Below are positions 37,532 through 50,480 of a stretch of DNA of 64,000 bases, piece by piece (within the stretch, counting starts at the first letter, position 1; every line of letters begins with the position of its first letter). Where the stretch lies: the NCBI GenBank assembly GCA_002104905.1, contig MCFE01000024.1, positions 62,001 through 126,000 of the forward strand, in the 5' to 3' direction. Source of the stretch: Basidiobolus meristosporus CBS 931.73 (Eukaryota; Fungi; Basidiobolomycota). The notes under the pieces are model-generated. The model did no database searches. It saw nothing but the letters and a program-made list of their open reading frames with translations, and was not told where the DNA came from. A program made the translations under genes and the position numbers.

Positions 37532-38649
37532 TGGTGTAAGAGTCTTGGAGATATTGGAAGTGATCTGGAGGACTAGTAGATTATGTGGTTTTCACTTAAT
37601 GATTTATTCAATGCAAAGGTAGTATTCATACTTCTACCTGATCTTGGCATGCTGAACACGTAGAATAAGCTTAGGAAGGTCCTAAGAGCATGTGTGCAAA
37701 GTTTGGGGATGTTTGAACAACTTTCAGAATTTTCATGTTCTGAGTACCTAATATTTTGGTGAAAATATTCTAAGGAAATCCTAACAAGGAGTTTGGTCAG
37801 TATTCTCTAAGACTTGAAGGTATTGGTCTATATGACTAAGTTAGGTGAATATTTAGGTGGAATTACAAATTTTTACATCACTTCTACTCAGCTAAATGCT
37901 CATACAGACTAGTCCTAAGTTGACCTAAGATATTCAAACATGTCTCTAGCCAATGGTTTGATAAATATGTCCACAATCATTTCATCTGATGGTCAGTAAA
38001 CTAAGCTAACTAAGTTATTGTCTATAACTCCATGTATTAGATGTGTTGTAAGAGTCTTGGAGATATTAGAAGTGATTTGGAGAACAAGTAGATTATGTGG
38101 TTTTCACTTAATGATTTATTGAATGTAAAAGTAGTATTTATACTTTTACCTGGTCTTGGCATTACAAACACGTAGGATAGGTTAAGGAAGGTCCCAAGAA
38201 CATGTGTGCAAAGTTTGGGGATGTTTGAACAACTTTCAGAATTTTCATGTTCTGAGTACCTAATATTTTGGTGAAAATATTCTAAGTAAATCCCAACAAG
38301 GAATTTGGTCAGTATTCTCTAGGATTTGAAGGTGATGATCTAAGTGACTAAGTTAGGTGAATATTTAGGTAGAATTCCGAATTTTTACAACAAGATGATG
38401 TCTTATATCTAGGTGCTTAGCTCTAGGATGATAAGTTGGATTTCTACCTAATTGTGTTCATCCTTGATTATCCTGAAATAAAGTAATAGGCATATTTTTT
38501 GACATGGGCCAAAATCTGTAAAAAACTTTTTTAACCACATTGCTTTGTTTGTGGCTTCACAGGCTGCCATATACTCTGTATCAATGGTCAAAAGTGCCAT
38601 GGTTGGTTGCTTTCTTGAATTTCATGAAATTGCTCCTTGACCATAAAGA
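37532..38649 (-). mobile_element. Ty1/copia remnant: 3' LTR (37532-37880), PPT and RNase H end, truncated by insertion at 38650
   Basis: Reverse complement matches the pol end and PPT at 60.7-61.15 kb (TTTAGCTGAGT..G then LTR). Confidence 0.88.
38044..38392 (-). repeat. Solo copia LTR with 5-bp TSD AGATG
   Basis: AGATG at 38039-43 and 38393-97; the host RNase H sequence resumes afterwards. Confidence 0.92.
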
Positions 38650-40872
38650 TGTTATAAAAATTTGTAATTCCACCTAAATATTCACCTAACTTAGTCACTT
38701 AGATCATTACCTCCAAGTCCTAGAAAATACTGGCCAGATTCTTTGTCAGGATTTACTTAGAATATTTTCACCAAAAAAGCAGGTATTCAAAACATGAAAA
38801 TTCTCAAAGTTGTCCTAAAAGCCCAAAACTATGAATACATGCTCTTGGGACCTTCCTTAACCTATTCTATGTGTTAGTTATGCCAAGTCCATGTAAAGGT
38901 ATAAATACTACTTTTAAATCTATAAATCATTAAGTCAAAACCACATAATCTACTTGTCCTCCCAATCACTTCCAATATCTCCAAGACTCTTACAACAGGC
39001 TATGAGCCCCAGGCTGTTGCTCTCTGCAATTTCTACTACTGCTATCACTGGGACTTATCCCCCTGCTGAAAAGTTGGATGGATCTGACCACCAAGTGTGG
39101 AAGGTGAAGATGAAGATGCCACTACAAGAAAGAAGCCTTTGGGATATTATCATGGGAGAAGAATGCTCTCCTAAATACTTGGGAGAGGAAGCCTCAAAGT
39201 ACCAGAAGAAAGAACAAAGTGGCTTCAACTGCATTTGCCTAAATGTTAAGGACAAATTGCTAATTCAATGCTTAAGAGCAAAAACAGCAAAGAATGCCTG
39301 GAAGGCATTAGAAGACACCTACCAGTCATGTTCAGCTGCTGAGAAAATGTATCTGAGACAAAAATCCTTTACTACAAAGATGCTGCCGGGAGAAGAAATG
39401 AGAAATCTAATTAACAGAATTACCCTACTGGTAGATGAGATGGAATCTGTGGGCATACCAGCTACTGATGAGGATGTGATAGGTACCTTCCTGAATAGTC
39501 TGCCAGATAGGTATCAGGGCCTTGTATCAGCCTTAGAGTCCAGAACTGAAGATTTGACCTCAAATTACATATATGGAAGGCTCCTGGATGAAGAATAAAG
39601 AAAATCAAGCACCAATAAGAAGGAAGAAGAAAATGCTTTAATAAGCAATGATAATCAACAAAGGAGGTACCCAAGACACTACAAAGGCAACAGCAACCTG
39701 TTTTGTAACTACTGCAAAAGGAAAGGACGCACATCAGACAGGTGCCTCAAAAAGAGAGATAATCAGCAAAAGAAGCCTTAATATGAAAATGCTGCAACAA
39801 CTGAAGAAAGACTGTTCATATGTGCACTAAATATGACCACAGGCAAGGATTCTCAGATGTGGTATATTGACTCTGGAGCATCTCAACACTTTACACACCA
39901 AAAAGAGCTTTTTACCCAATATCAACAAATTCCAATGAAGAAGGTTTTCAAGGGTGACAATAGAACACTTGATGCAGTGGGAGAAGGAACCATCCAAGTA
40001 AACCTTAGAAGCAGTGAAGGAAGCCATACACTGACTTTTAAAGAAGTACTCTATGTATCAGAAATATCCAAGAACCTACTATATGCTAGCAAGGCAACTG
40101 CACAAGGACTCAGTTTCAGCTTTGACAAATCTGGATGTCAGATTGCTGATCAAAATGGTGCCCATATTACTTTGGGTATCAGAGATCAAAATCTATACAG
40201 GTAAACTTTTGTGCCATCATATTTGGAAGCCAATATAAGTAACTTAAATGAAGAAACACCAATACTTTGGCACAGGAGACTTGGGCACATCAATTTTGCT
40301 TATTTGCACAAATTGATCAAATATCAGCCAATATCTGGAGTAAAAATTGATCCTCCAGCAGATTTGGAGCACTGTGAAGCCTGCATATATGGGAAACAAG
40401 CCAGACAACCATTCAAGAACTCTGGGTTAATCAAAACTAAGAAAAAATTAGATCTAATTCACTCAGATCTGTGTGTACCTATGCAAAACTTATCATTGGG
40501 TGGGATGAATTATTTATTCACATTTATTGATGATTATACAAGATACACATAGGTCTACTTCATGGAGAGAAAGGACAAAGCTCTGTCTAAGTTCAGGGAG
40601 TTTAAAGCCATGGTGGAGAGAGAAACTGGTGAAAAAATCAAGAAAATACGCTCTGACAATGCTGGAGAATATACCTCAAAACTCTTCATCCACTTTGGCA
40701 AGATTCATGGGATAAAGCAAGAGACTACTGTACCATACTCCCCACAGCAAAATGGAGTAGCAGAATATGCAAACAGATCAATAACTGATATGGCAAGATC
40801 TATGATCCATGATCATAAATTATCCTATGATTTTTGGGTGGAATCAGTTGCTACAGCTGTATACCTTAAAAA
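38650..40872 (+). mobile_element. Ty1/copia 5' half: LTR 38650-38997, PBS, gag, protease, GAG-pre-integrase, integrase start; defective
   Basis: gag ..EKLDGSDHQVWKVKMK; knuckle CNYCKRKGH; protease WYIDSGASQH; integrase LDLIHSDLC and IRSDNAGEY; stops and frameshifts. Confidence 0.93.
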
Positions 40873-41027
40873 TGTTGTAAGAGTCTTGGAGATATTGGAA
40901 GTGATTGGAAGAGCAAGTTGATTATGTGGTTTTCACTTAATGATTTATTGAATGTAAAAGTAGTATTTATACTTCTACCTGGTCTTGGCATTGAAATCAC
41001 ATAGAATAGGTCAAGGAAGGTCCCAAG
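40873..41027 (-). repeat. Truncated inverted copia LTR
   Basis: Starts TGTTGTAAGAGTCTTGG (reverse complement of the LTR end) and is cut at 41027 by another LTR. Confidence 0.9.
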
Positions 41028-41762
41028 TGTTGTAAAATTTTGTATTTCCACCTATATATTCACCTAACTTACTCACTTAGATCATTACCTTCAAATCCTA
41101 GAGAATACTGACCAAATTCCTTGTTGGGATTTACTTAGAATATTTTCACCAAAATACCAGGTACCCAGAACATGAAAATTCTCAAAGTTGTCCAAACAGC
41201 CCCAAACTTTGCACACATGTTCTTGGGACCTTCCTTAACCTATCCTACGTGTTTGTAATGCCAAGACCAGGTAAAAGTATAAATACTACTTTTACATTCA
41301 ATAAATTATTAAGTGAAAACCACATAATCTACTTGTTCTCCAAATCACTTCCAATATATCCAAGACTCTTACAACAGTTTATGAGCCCTGAGCTGTCACT
41401 CTCTGCAATGTCTACTACTGCTATTACTGGAATTTTCCCCTCTACTGAAACATTGGATGGATCTAACTACCAAGTATGGAAGGTGAAGATGAAGATGCTG
41501 CTACAAGAAAGAGGCCTTTGGGATATTGTCATGGGAGAAGAATGCCCTCCTAAAAATGTGGGAGAGGAAGCCTTAAAGTACCAGAAGAAAGAACAAAGTG
41601 CCTTTAACTGCATTTGCCTTAATGTCAAGGACAAATTGCTAATTCAATGCTCAAGAGCAAAAACAATAAAGAATACCTGGAAGGCATTAGAAGAAACCTA
41701 CCAGTCATGTTCAGCTGCTAAGAAAATGTATCTGAGACATAAATTCTTTACTACCAAGATGC
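41028..41762 (+). mobile_element. Ty1/copia fragment: LTR 41028-41376, PBS, gag start; cut by the Ty3 insertion
   Basis: TGTTGTAA..TTACAACA, then GTTTATGAGCCCTG and gag ORF 41249-41770. Confidence 0.92.
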
Positions 41763-42697
41763 TGTCATGATCACATGACAACCATGAACACCCATGCCAA
41801 GTTTCAGCTTCCCAGCTCAATTTCTAAGAGATTCCTTCCGGAACCTTCTACCACCTTCCAGAAAGTTCCTGACCATTCCAAACCATTGTTACACAATGGA
41901 ACATTCCATGGAAGCTTTCCATCGTATTTTTTATAGTCCAGTACCATATATGGAAATACCAGGTCACATGACTTAGTCACATGATCAGGTGACCCAATCC
42001 ATTTCCCCATCCTGTCTCAGTACCGTGTCATCTATGTCATTATCCCCAGCACCATTGCTGTGCCTCACCCCACAACCCCATTAGTATTAGCTAACATATC
42101 TCGGCATCAATATAGCTAAAAAGTATATATAGTCCTATCCCCCCTTAAGTATTCCTCAGTCTGATAAACACAGGTCTTGAATAAACAGCCTTGCCTTGGA
42201 AATCCGCCTTGCCTTGTTGATCCATACCTAAGTCCTTTCCTGGTCCTGCCTTGCCTAGCTCTACTCTCCTGCCTTGTGTCTATTCATAACAGTTTTATCA
42301 GACTCTCCTGACTTACCTGTGGATCCCTGCCTTCTGCCCAAAGTTTGAAGAAAACTTGTAAAAGGAATACTCACCGTAAGTATCACCCATCATCTTTCCC
42401 TAGTCTTGTCCTATAAAGGCAAAGATACTTTATCTTTGTAAAACTATTGGTCAAAGCTGCATTCACTTTATTACCCTGCTGGTGGAGTTTACAGTTGTTA
42501 CAGTATTGGAAGCTTTAGTACAATACTCTATCAAAGGACGTTGAAACCAGTACCTTCTGAAGTGACGCTAACTTATTTAAGTTGGGGATTGTGGCTCAAT
42601 AGTTGTATTCTTGACATACTAGTGGCTTTACAAACCCACAACCTAGTTTAGTATATTCCAGTATTCCTTGCAAGTTCACCCGCCTTCCTCTGCTACC

Positions 42698-43630
42698 ATG
42701 TCCAACCTAGAGCTGAACTTTGCCCAGCTCATGGCTGCCTTTACCCAACTGCAGCAAGACCATGCAGACCTCAGAAACACTCTTGCTCAGTTCCAGAACC
42801 AAAGTGTCCAGCAAACTAGCCAGGTCCCAGTCTACCAAGAACCCAAGTATACTCCTGCTACCAAGTTCAATGGCTCTCAGAATGAATTCCGTGGCTTCAT
42901 CAACGTGGTGAAGAACAACCTTGCACTCCAGCCCAACCGGTACCCCACTGACCAGGCCAAAGTTGGTTTCATCTCCAACCTGCTTACTGGTACAGCTCTC
43001 AAGTGGTTCTCCCCATTAGTGGAGACCAACTCTCCCCTCCTCAGAGACTACCAAGCCTTTCTCACTGAAATGGAGCTAACATTTGGTAACCTTGACCAAG
43101 CCAGAACTGCTGCCAACAAGATCAAGACCCTCAAACAAGGGAACAAACCAGCATCAGTCTATGCCTCAGAATTCCGACAACTCTCCAGTGACCTCAGCTC
43201 CTGGGGTCAAGCAGCCTTGATAAGCCAATTCCAAGATGGCCTTAATGATGAGGTTTGTGATCTGCTACTCACACTCCCAGATCCAGATACATTGGTTGAA
43301 GCTATGCACCAAGCAATCCGGTGTGATAACAGACTATTCCAGAAGAAGCAAAAGAATCGTCAAAGACACATTCCTGTTGCAACCCCAGCTCCTCCTGCTC
43401 CCCAAGTCACTCCAGAAGATCCTATGCAGATTGATAGTGCCAAATACAGGAAACTATCAAAGAGTGAAAAGTCCAGACGTCAACAAGCCAACCTCTGTCT
43501 ATACTGTGGCCAACCAGGTCACTTTGCCAAGTCCTGCCCCAACAAGAAGTCCAGCTTCAAGCTGATGCAGTCCTCCAGCAACCAACCTGATCCAGATCTG
43601 TCGGGAAACTCCAATGTCCAGTTGCACTGA
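42698..43630 (+). CDS. gag: Ty3 Gag (retrotransposon gag domain + CCHC knuckle), intact
   Basis: ATG at 42698; [14 protein letters not shown]; stop TGA at 43628-30. Confidence 0.93.
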   Translation: MSNLELNFAQLMAAFTQLQQDHADLRNTLAQFQNQSVQQTSQVPVYQEPKYTPATKFNGSQNEFRGFINVVKNNLALQPNRYPTDQAKVGFISNLLTGTALKWFSPLVETNSPLLRDYQAFLTEMELTFGNLDQARTAANKIKTLKQGNKPASVYASEFRQLSSDLSSWGQAALISQFQDGLNDEVCDLLLTLPDPDTLVEAMHQAIRCDNRLFQKKQKNRQRHIPVATPAPPAPQVTPEDPMQIDSAKYRKLSKSEKSRRQQANLCLYCGQPGHFAKSCPNKKSSFKLMQSSSNQPDPDLSGNSNVQLH

Positions 43631-43647
43631 CAGGCTTGCAACTGGAC
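43603..43647 (+). other. -1 programmed ribosomal frameshift signal (G GGA AAC + 11-bp stem-loop)
   Basis: Slippery heptamer 43603-09; 6-nt spacer; GTCCAGTTGCA/TGCAACTGGAC perfect stem; pol lies in the -1 frame relative to gag. Confidence 0.88.
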
Positions 43648-46600
43648 CCACCCATGAAAATCCAGCATATCCAAGAATCTTCCTTTGCCACAAAATCTAT
43701 CCAGTCCTTGAGAATGCCTGTCAAAATCCAGATCCCTGACTCCAGTCCTGTCCCAGCCCTAGCCCTGATTGATTCCGGTGCTTCATCCTGTTTCATTGAC
43801 CAAGCCTTTGTCCAGAAGCACTCTATTCCTGTTACCTTGAAATCCTGTCCAGTCCAAGTAGAAGTTATTGATGGAAGATCACTCTCCTCTGGTGCCGTTA
43901 CCCATGAAACATGCTTACTCCAGCTATCCAGTACTGCCCACCAAGAAAGAATCGCCTTCAACATCATCAACTCACCACACTATCCTATTGTGCTTGGAAG
44001 CTCATGGCTGAGCTACCACAATCCGAGTATTGATTGGAAATCCAAGATCCTGTCATTCACCAGATCCCACCAAGTCAACTCCATGAAATCTCCAGACCCT
44101 GATAACCGTGAAAAGACGGTTGCCAACAGTTCAACAGCCCAAGATACCTTGCCAGCTGAAGGAGCCCCCACAGCAACTATACCAGCCAAGTACCAAGAGT
44201 TTGCCCATGTCTTTGACAAGAAGAATGCAGAACTCCTCCCTGACCATCGGCCTTATGACTGCCCTATTGACCTTGAAGATGGAAAAGTCCCCCCATTTGG
44301 CCCAATATATAACCTCTCCCAGCCGGAGTTGAAAGAACTCCATGGTTATATTCAAGAAAACCTCCAGAAGGGTTTTATTCAGCACTCCAAATCACCTGCT
44401 GGAGCCCCAATCCTCTTTGTCAAGAAGAAGGATGGCACCCTCAGAATGTGTGTGGACTACCGTGCTTTGAATAAGATCACAGTCAAGAACCGCTACCCCC
44501 TGCCCCTGATCAACACACTGTTGGATCAGCTATCTGCTGCCCAAGTCTTCACCAAGATAGACTTGAGAGGAGCTTACAATCTTGTCAGAATCAAGCCTGG
44601 TGATGAATGGAAAACTGCCTTTCGCACAAGATATGGTCACTTTGAGTACAAAGTAATGCCATTTGGCCTCACCAATGCCCCTGCTGTGTTTCAACACCTC
44701 ATGAATGACATATTCCGCGAATACCTTGACCAGTTTGTGGTAATCTACCTTGATGATATTCTCATATACTCCAAGAGCCAAGATGAACATGATGAACATG
44801 TCAAGAAAGTATTGAGAAAACTAGACTCTGCCGGTCTCTATGCCAAGTTAGAGAAGTGTGAATTTGACCAGAGAGAAGTAGAATTTCTGGTTACCTCATC
44901 AGCCCTGAGGGAACAAGAATGGACCCAAGAGAAAGTTGACTCAGTCCAGTCCTGGAAAACTCCAAGCTCAGTCAAGGAAGTACAATCCTTCCTGGGATTT
45001 GCCAACTTCTATTCGCAGGTTCATAGCCAACTACTCCAAGATAGTCACCCCTCTGACAAAGCTTACCCAGAAGAACACACCTTTTGCCTGGAATGAGGAG
45101 CAATCCAGCCTCATTCAACCAACTTCAAGAAATCTTTCCTGAAGGCCCCCCTGCTTGCCCACCCTGACCTTGAGAAGCAATTCATAGTGGAGACTGATGC
45201 TTCTGATTTTGCCCTTGGTGCCATACTCTCCCAGTATGATGAGGACAATGTGTTGCACCCCATTGCATTCTACTCTCGGAAGTTTTCCCCTGCAGAGATC
45301 AACTATGATATCTATGATAAGGAGTTGCTTGCCATCATTGTAGCCTTTGAGCAATGGAGACACTACCTGGACGGTGCAAAACACAAAATCAAAGTCTTCT
45401 GTGACCATAAGAACCTTGAGTACTTTGCAACTTCCAAAGTACTAAACCGGAGACAAGCCAGATGGTCACTCTTCCTGTCCAGCTTTGACTTTACTATCAC
45501 CTATAGACCTGGTGCAAAGCAAGGAAAGCCTGATGCCCTGTCTAGAAAAAAGGAATATGCCCTGGAAGAGGGAGATGATGCCTGTCAGCAAATGGAACAC
45601 CCATTGCTGAGCAAGAAACATTTTGAGATTCTTGCCACCCAGTCCTCAAGTCTTGTCATCCCTTCATTCCTAGTAAGGATATCAGAATCCCAAGCCTCTG
45701 ATATGACTTCCAGCACTGTCAAGAAATATCTGGAATCCCCAGTTGGGCCCCCTCCCAAGTTCCCAAACATCCAGAACCTGCATTTGGTAAACAACCTCAT
45801 CTACCACAAGCAGCAGCTTTATGTCCCAGACCTTGCCACCCAGCTAGACATCATTAAGTCTTGGCATGATTCAATGGCTGCAGGCCACTTTGGTACTGCC
45901 AAAACCTTGAATGCTATCAAAAGAGATTTCTGGTGGCCTAAGAATGATAACTCTTATCAAAGAATACATTCTGACTTGTGATATTTGCAACCGTGCAAAA
46001 CCAGCCAGACACCAGCCCTATGGACTTCTTCAACCCCTGCCTATCCCAGAACACCAATGGAGATCTATATCTATGGACTTCATTACTGACCTCCCTGAGT
46101 CATGTGGCTTCAACACTATACTTGTAGTGGCTGACCGGCTGACCAAGATGGCTCACTTTATCCCTTGCTGTAAGAACACTGATGCAAAAGAAACAGCTGC
46201 TTTAGTCCTGAAGAATATTTTCCGCCTTCATGGTATCCCCAGTGATATTGTGTCAGATAGAGGCCCACAGTTTGTGTCCAAGTTTTGGAAACACTTCATG
46301 CAATACCTTGGTGTTCAAGTCAAGCTCTCTACTGCCTTCCATCCACAGTCTGATGGCCAGACTGAAAGAATCAACCAGATTCTAGAGCAATACCTCCGGT
46401 GCTATATCAATTACCAGCAAGACAATTGGGTTGATCTACTCCCTGTTGCTGAGTTTGCCTACAACAACTCAAGCCATAGTGCAACCGGTTTTACACCATT
46501 CTATGCAAACTATGGATTCCACCCTCAGTCTGATATCCAGATTCCAACAAACCCAATGAGCCCACATGCAGCTGAACATGCCCAAGCAATCCAGGACATC

Positions 46601-47155
46601 CAGAACACCCTCAAGGAAGAGCTATCCTTAGCTCAGGAAAGCTACAAGAAATTTGCCAATCTAAAACGGCATCCCAGCCCTGATCTTAATGAAGGAGATT
46701 CTGTATGGTTGCTCAGAAGAAACATCAGCACCAACCGCCCTTGTGACAAGTTGGATTTCAAGAAACTTGGTCCCTTCAGGATCAAGAAGAAGCTTAGCCC
46801 TATAGTATATCAGCTACAGTTACCAGCAAGTATGAAAATCCATGATACTTTCCATGTGTCCCTCCTGGAGCCGTATTGTAGGAACACATTGCCAAACCAG
46901 CAAGAAGCAAAGCCCCAAGCCATCCAGGTTGACCAACATCAAGAATTTGAAGTTAAACAGATTCTAGACTCCAAGTATATCCGGTCAAAGCTGTACTACT
47001 TAGTAGACTGGATTGGTTATGATCCAAGTGACCAAACATGGGAACCAGCTACCCATCTCACTAATTGTCAAGATCTAGTTACCCAGTTCCACCAACAATA
47101 TCCTGCAAAACCTGCCCCAAAGGGAAACAGAGCTTTGCCTGGAAGAGGGGAATAG
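43603..47155 (+). pseudogene. pol: Ty3 pol interrupted by several single-base indels
   Basis: Split into ORFs 43636-45096, 44936-45142, 45187-45981 and 45911-47155. Frame changes at ~44890, ~44925, ~45013, ~45100 and ~45940. Confidence 0.85.
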
Positions 47156-47676
47156 TGTCATGATCACATGACAACCATGAACACCCATGCCAAGTTTCAG
47201 CTCCCTAGCTCAATTTCTAAGAGATTCCTTCTGAAACCTTCTACCACCTTCCAGAAAGTTCCTGACCATTCCAAATCATTGTTACACAATGGAACATTCC
47301 ATGGAAGCTTTCCATCGTATTTTTCATAGTCCAGTACCATATATGGAAATACCAGGTCACATGACTTAGTCACATGATCAGGTGACCCAATCCATTTCCC
47401 CATCCTGTCTCAGTTCCGTGTCATCTATGTCATTATCCCCAGCACCATTGCTGTGCCTCACCCCACAACCCCATTAGTATTAGCTAATATCTCTTGGCAT
47501 CAGTATAGCCAAAAAGTATATATAGTCCTATCCCCCCTTAAGTATTCCTCAGTCTGATAAACACAGGTCTTGAATAAACAGCCTTGCCTTGAATCCTGCC
47601 TTGCCTTGATGGTCCACACCTAAGTCCTTTCCTGCCATGCCTAGCTTTTCCTCCTGCCTTGTGTCTATTCATAACA

Positions 47677-50480
47677 GGAAGTATCATAAGAATCATGGCC
47701 AATGTTATGCCATATAAGACATATTTGATCATTTACCGGTCACTACTATACCAACAATATCTTGCCAGCCACTTGATACCTCTATTACAGCACCTAGCTG
47801 TACTTGTCACTGTTTGCAAACTGAGTCAGATGAGTGTGTGACACCTCTAGGCCCACCCCAGCCTTCTGAATATGGCACTCATAGTGATAGCTATGAAGAT
47901 GCAGGCTCACTGATGGATTATGAGCCTTTCTTCCCTAACAACAGTACTGTGCAGGAGCCCAGCAAAATCCCATTATACAGTGAGACAACACCTATGGAAA
48001 AAATGCCAAGGATACTCTCTGGGGTCAAGTGAGCTCATTTATTCATCTAATGGTGAAAAATGTGATGATGTGGCTAGAGAAGTGGTGCATTTCCACTAAT
48101 ATCAGTAATGGGGGCTTTGAGGATTTACTACTACTTCTTGCCAAATCACCCCAGGATGCAACTTACCATATACATGGTATAATTGGACAACCATTAGGCA
48201 GCTGGCAACATATGACCCAGAGACTGTCCTGAAACCAGCATGTGTCAACAATTGCATGGCATTCACATCAGAAAATGCCACCATTGCAAGGTGTCCAACT
48301 TGCCAGTCTGACAAATATTGTAAAGCTATAAAGTACTGCACTCAGTATCAATCAAGCGCAAACATATCCATTATATTTGATGGCAAACATTACAAACAGC
48401 TAAGAAGCAAGGGCTACTTTGTAGGTATGTATGACCATGCCTTTGCCTTGGCACTTGATGGATTCTCATTAAACAAGTACTCTACCAGCAAGTCCTGCTG
48501 GCCACAGATTCTCATCATGCTGAATCTACCACCTACCTTACGGTATTGAAGCAGAAATCTGATGGTAGTCTCACTAGCATCTGGGCCTAAGTCACCTTCC
48601 AACCTGAATGGCTACCTGTATCCATTGCTGGATTAATTTTGTATGCTCTCAAGCAGGATAACAGTAAATGGCCATCATGTCTAATCACATATTATTATCT
48701 GCATTGGAGATGCCCCAGCCATCAGCAAGATAGCTGGCTTCTCTGGGCACAATGGATGGTATAGCTGTTGAATGTGTGAGATCCAGGGGACTTACTCCAT
48801 AACCCACACACACTATTATTACCCAAACACCAATACTAATAACATCATCTTTCTGCAGAGAGAATGCACAGAAGTCCATATGCCATTGCAGCAAAGTTGG
48901 CAAGCCATAAGCTGATGGCTTGAATATGGACTTAATTGGAAACCAGATATACTTAAGATAGAGGGTATCTGTTGGAGCAAAAGCTTTCCAGTGCTTTTCA
49001 ACAATATCCCTATACTGACAACCAAGTTGTACATGGGGCATTTCAGGCTAGATGAGCCCTCTGAGATACCAGAGAAAATCCAAAGAATTGGCAAGATATT
49101 ATAGAGTATCTACTACCCTAAGTACTTCTCATGGGCTCCAATCATCATTCATACACATATGCAACAATACATGTGCAAGGACTGGATGAACTGTATTTGT
49201 ATATATTGAAGTGGCCTTCCAAAGCCATTTCTACCAAGAGTACATTGGAAGCATTGGGAACTATATGTGGACATTGTAGGAATATTTATCCAGAAGTGGA
49301 TCACCAATGCCAACTTGACGCATCTACAGCTTCTGTGTGAAGAGTTTGTGACAGGATTTGAGCGGCTATACTACAAACATAAAGCTAAACATGTAGACCT
49401 CCGCCACTACTGTATCCATTTGCTACTCCATCTTGCTTGGTGTGTTGAGAATATTGGACCTTACTTCACATTTTGGGAGTTTCCTATGGAGTAGATGTGT
49501 GGGGAGATAGGAGCACCAGTCAAGTTACAGACACTATCATATTCCAATCTCACCCAGAATATTACCTTGAGGTTTTTCATAGATATGATGAGTTGGCACA
49601 TGGAAGACAGCCAGGAAGAGCTGGAAAATACTGAGGACAAATGTGCACATGGAGACACCCATGCCTATGGCATTAAGAAGCTAAGCAGCCCCAATATGTA
49701 GGTAATTGGTTGAGTAATGCAAAGTTGGGCTGGGTGCAACAAGCAACTAATTTCTATTAGGAAAACTCTACCAAGTTATGCTGGGTCTTTCTTGGTCACA
49801 AGCCAAATTCTAAACCATTCATTACAGAGCTCACACAAAAAAGAGCCAGAATGCCCCTACAAGGGGGACTAGAGTTGTGGTAATGGAAAGTATTCCATTA
49901 TTACAATATCTCAAATCTAATATTGCACTCATTTCTTTATTTTGCTTTTGCTACTGTTGTACACAAATGACAGATCAAGAAATTCCAAGTTTTAAGGACA
50001 AAAGCTCAAGACCCTAGCAAGCAATCAACTCAGTAATATTATGTCATGCAGAACACACAGTAGCCAACACATGTGTCAAATTACAGCTCATTTGAAGCAG
50101 TACTTAAGGATTTATGATCAAAAGAGTCCATTACCCATATATACTAGGCCTCTATTGCTAGGGTTACTATGATGACTTTGATTGCATGTAACTTTTGAGC
50201 CTGCCAATAAAATCACGTGAGATTCTCACAAATGCTGGGTCCATGTCCAATCTGCACCACTGCAGAATTTTAGTTTTGCATCATGTGTATTGCTTGCGCA
50301 ATTGTTCAAAAACTTTGGTCCTTCAGAATTCTCATATATATGACTTCCCCAGCTGAAAAATAAAAGTGAGCCTCTCTTTCCAGAATCTCCACACTACAAT
50401 TACAAGTTTAAAGGTTATAAGACTTCCCCTGCATCACTTGTGCTGTTGAGTATTCTGACTTTGATTGGTACTACATCAAT
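47677..50480 (+). mobile_element. Decayed CACTA/EnSpm (CMC) transposase relic (Tnp2 + DUF4218-like)
   Basis: ALALDGF..CWPQILIMLNLPP..R; ASGPKSPSNLNGYLYPLLD; GFSGHNG..SC*MC; HLLLHLAW..IGPYFTFWEFPME. Many stops; no TIR seen. Confidence 0.78.

Larger units (their letters stand above)
41763..47676 (+). mobile_element. Ty3/gypsy chromovirus (Tf1/sushi/Tcn1-like) with two LTRs, gag, PR-RT-RH-IN-chromodomain
   Basis: LTRs 41763-42291 and 47156-47676 (TG..CA); PPT GGAAGAGGGGAATAG; LIDSGAS, YLDDILI, ETDASDFALG, SISMDFI, GQTERINQ and chromodomain EFEVKQILDS..YLVDWIGY. Confidence 0.97.
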
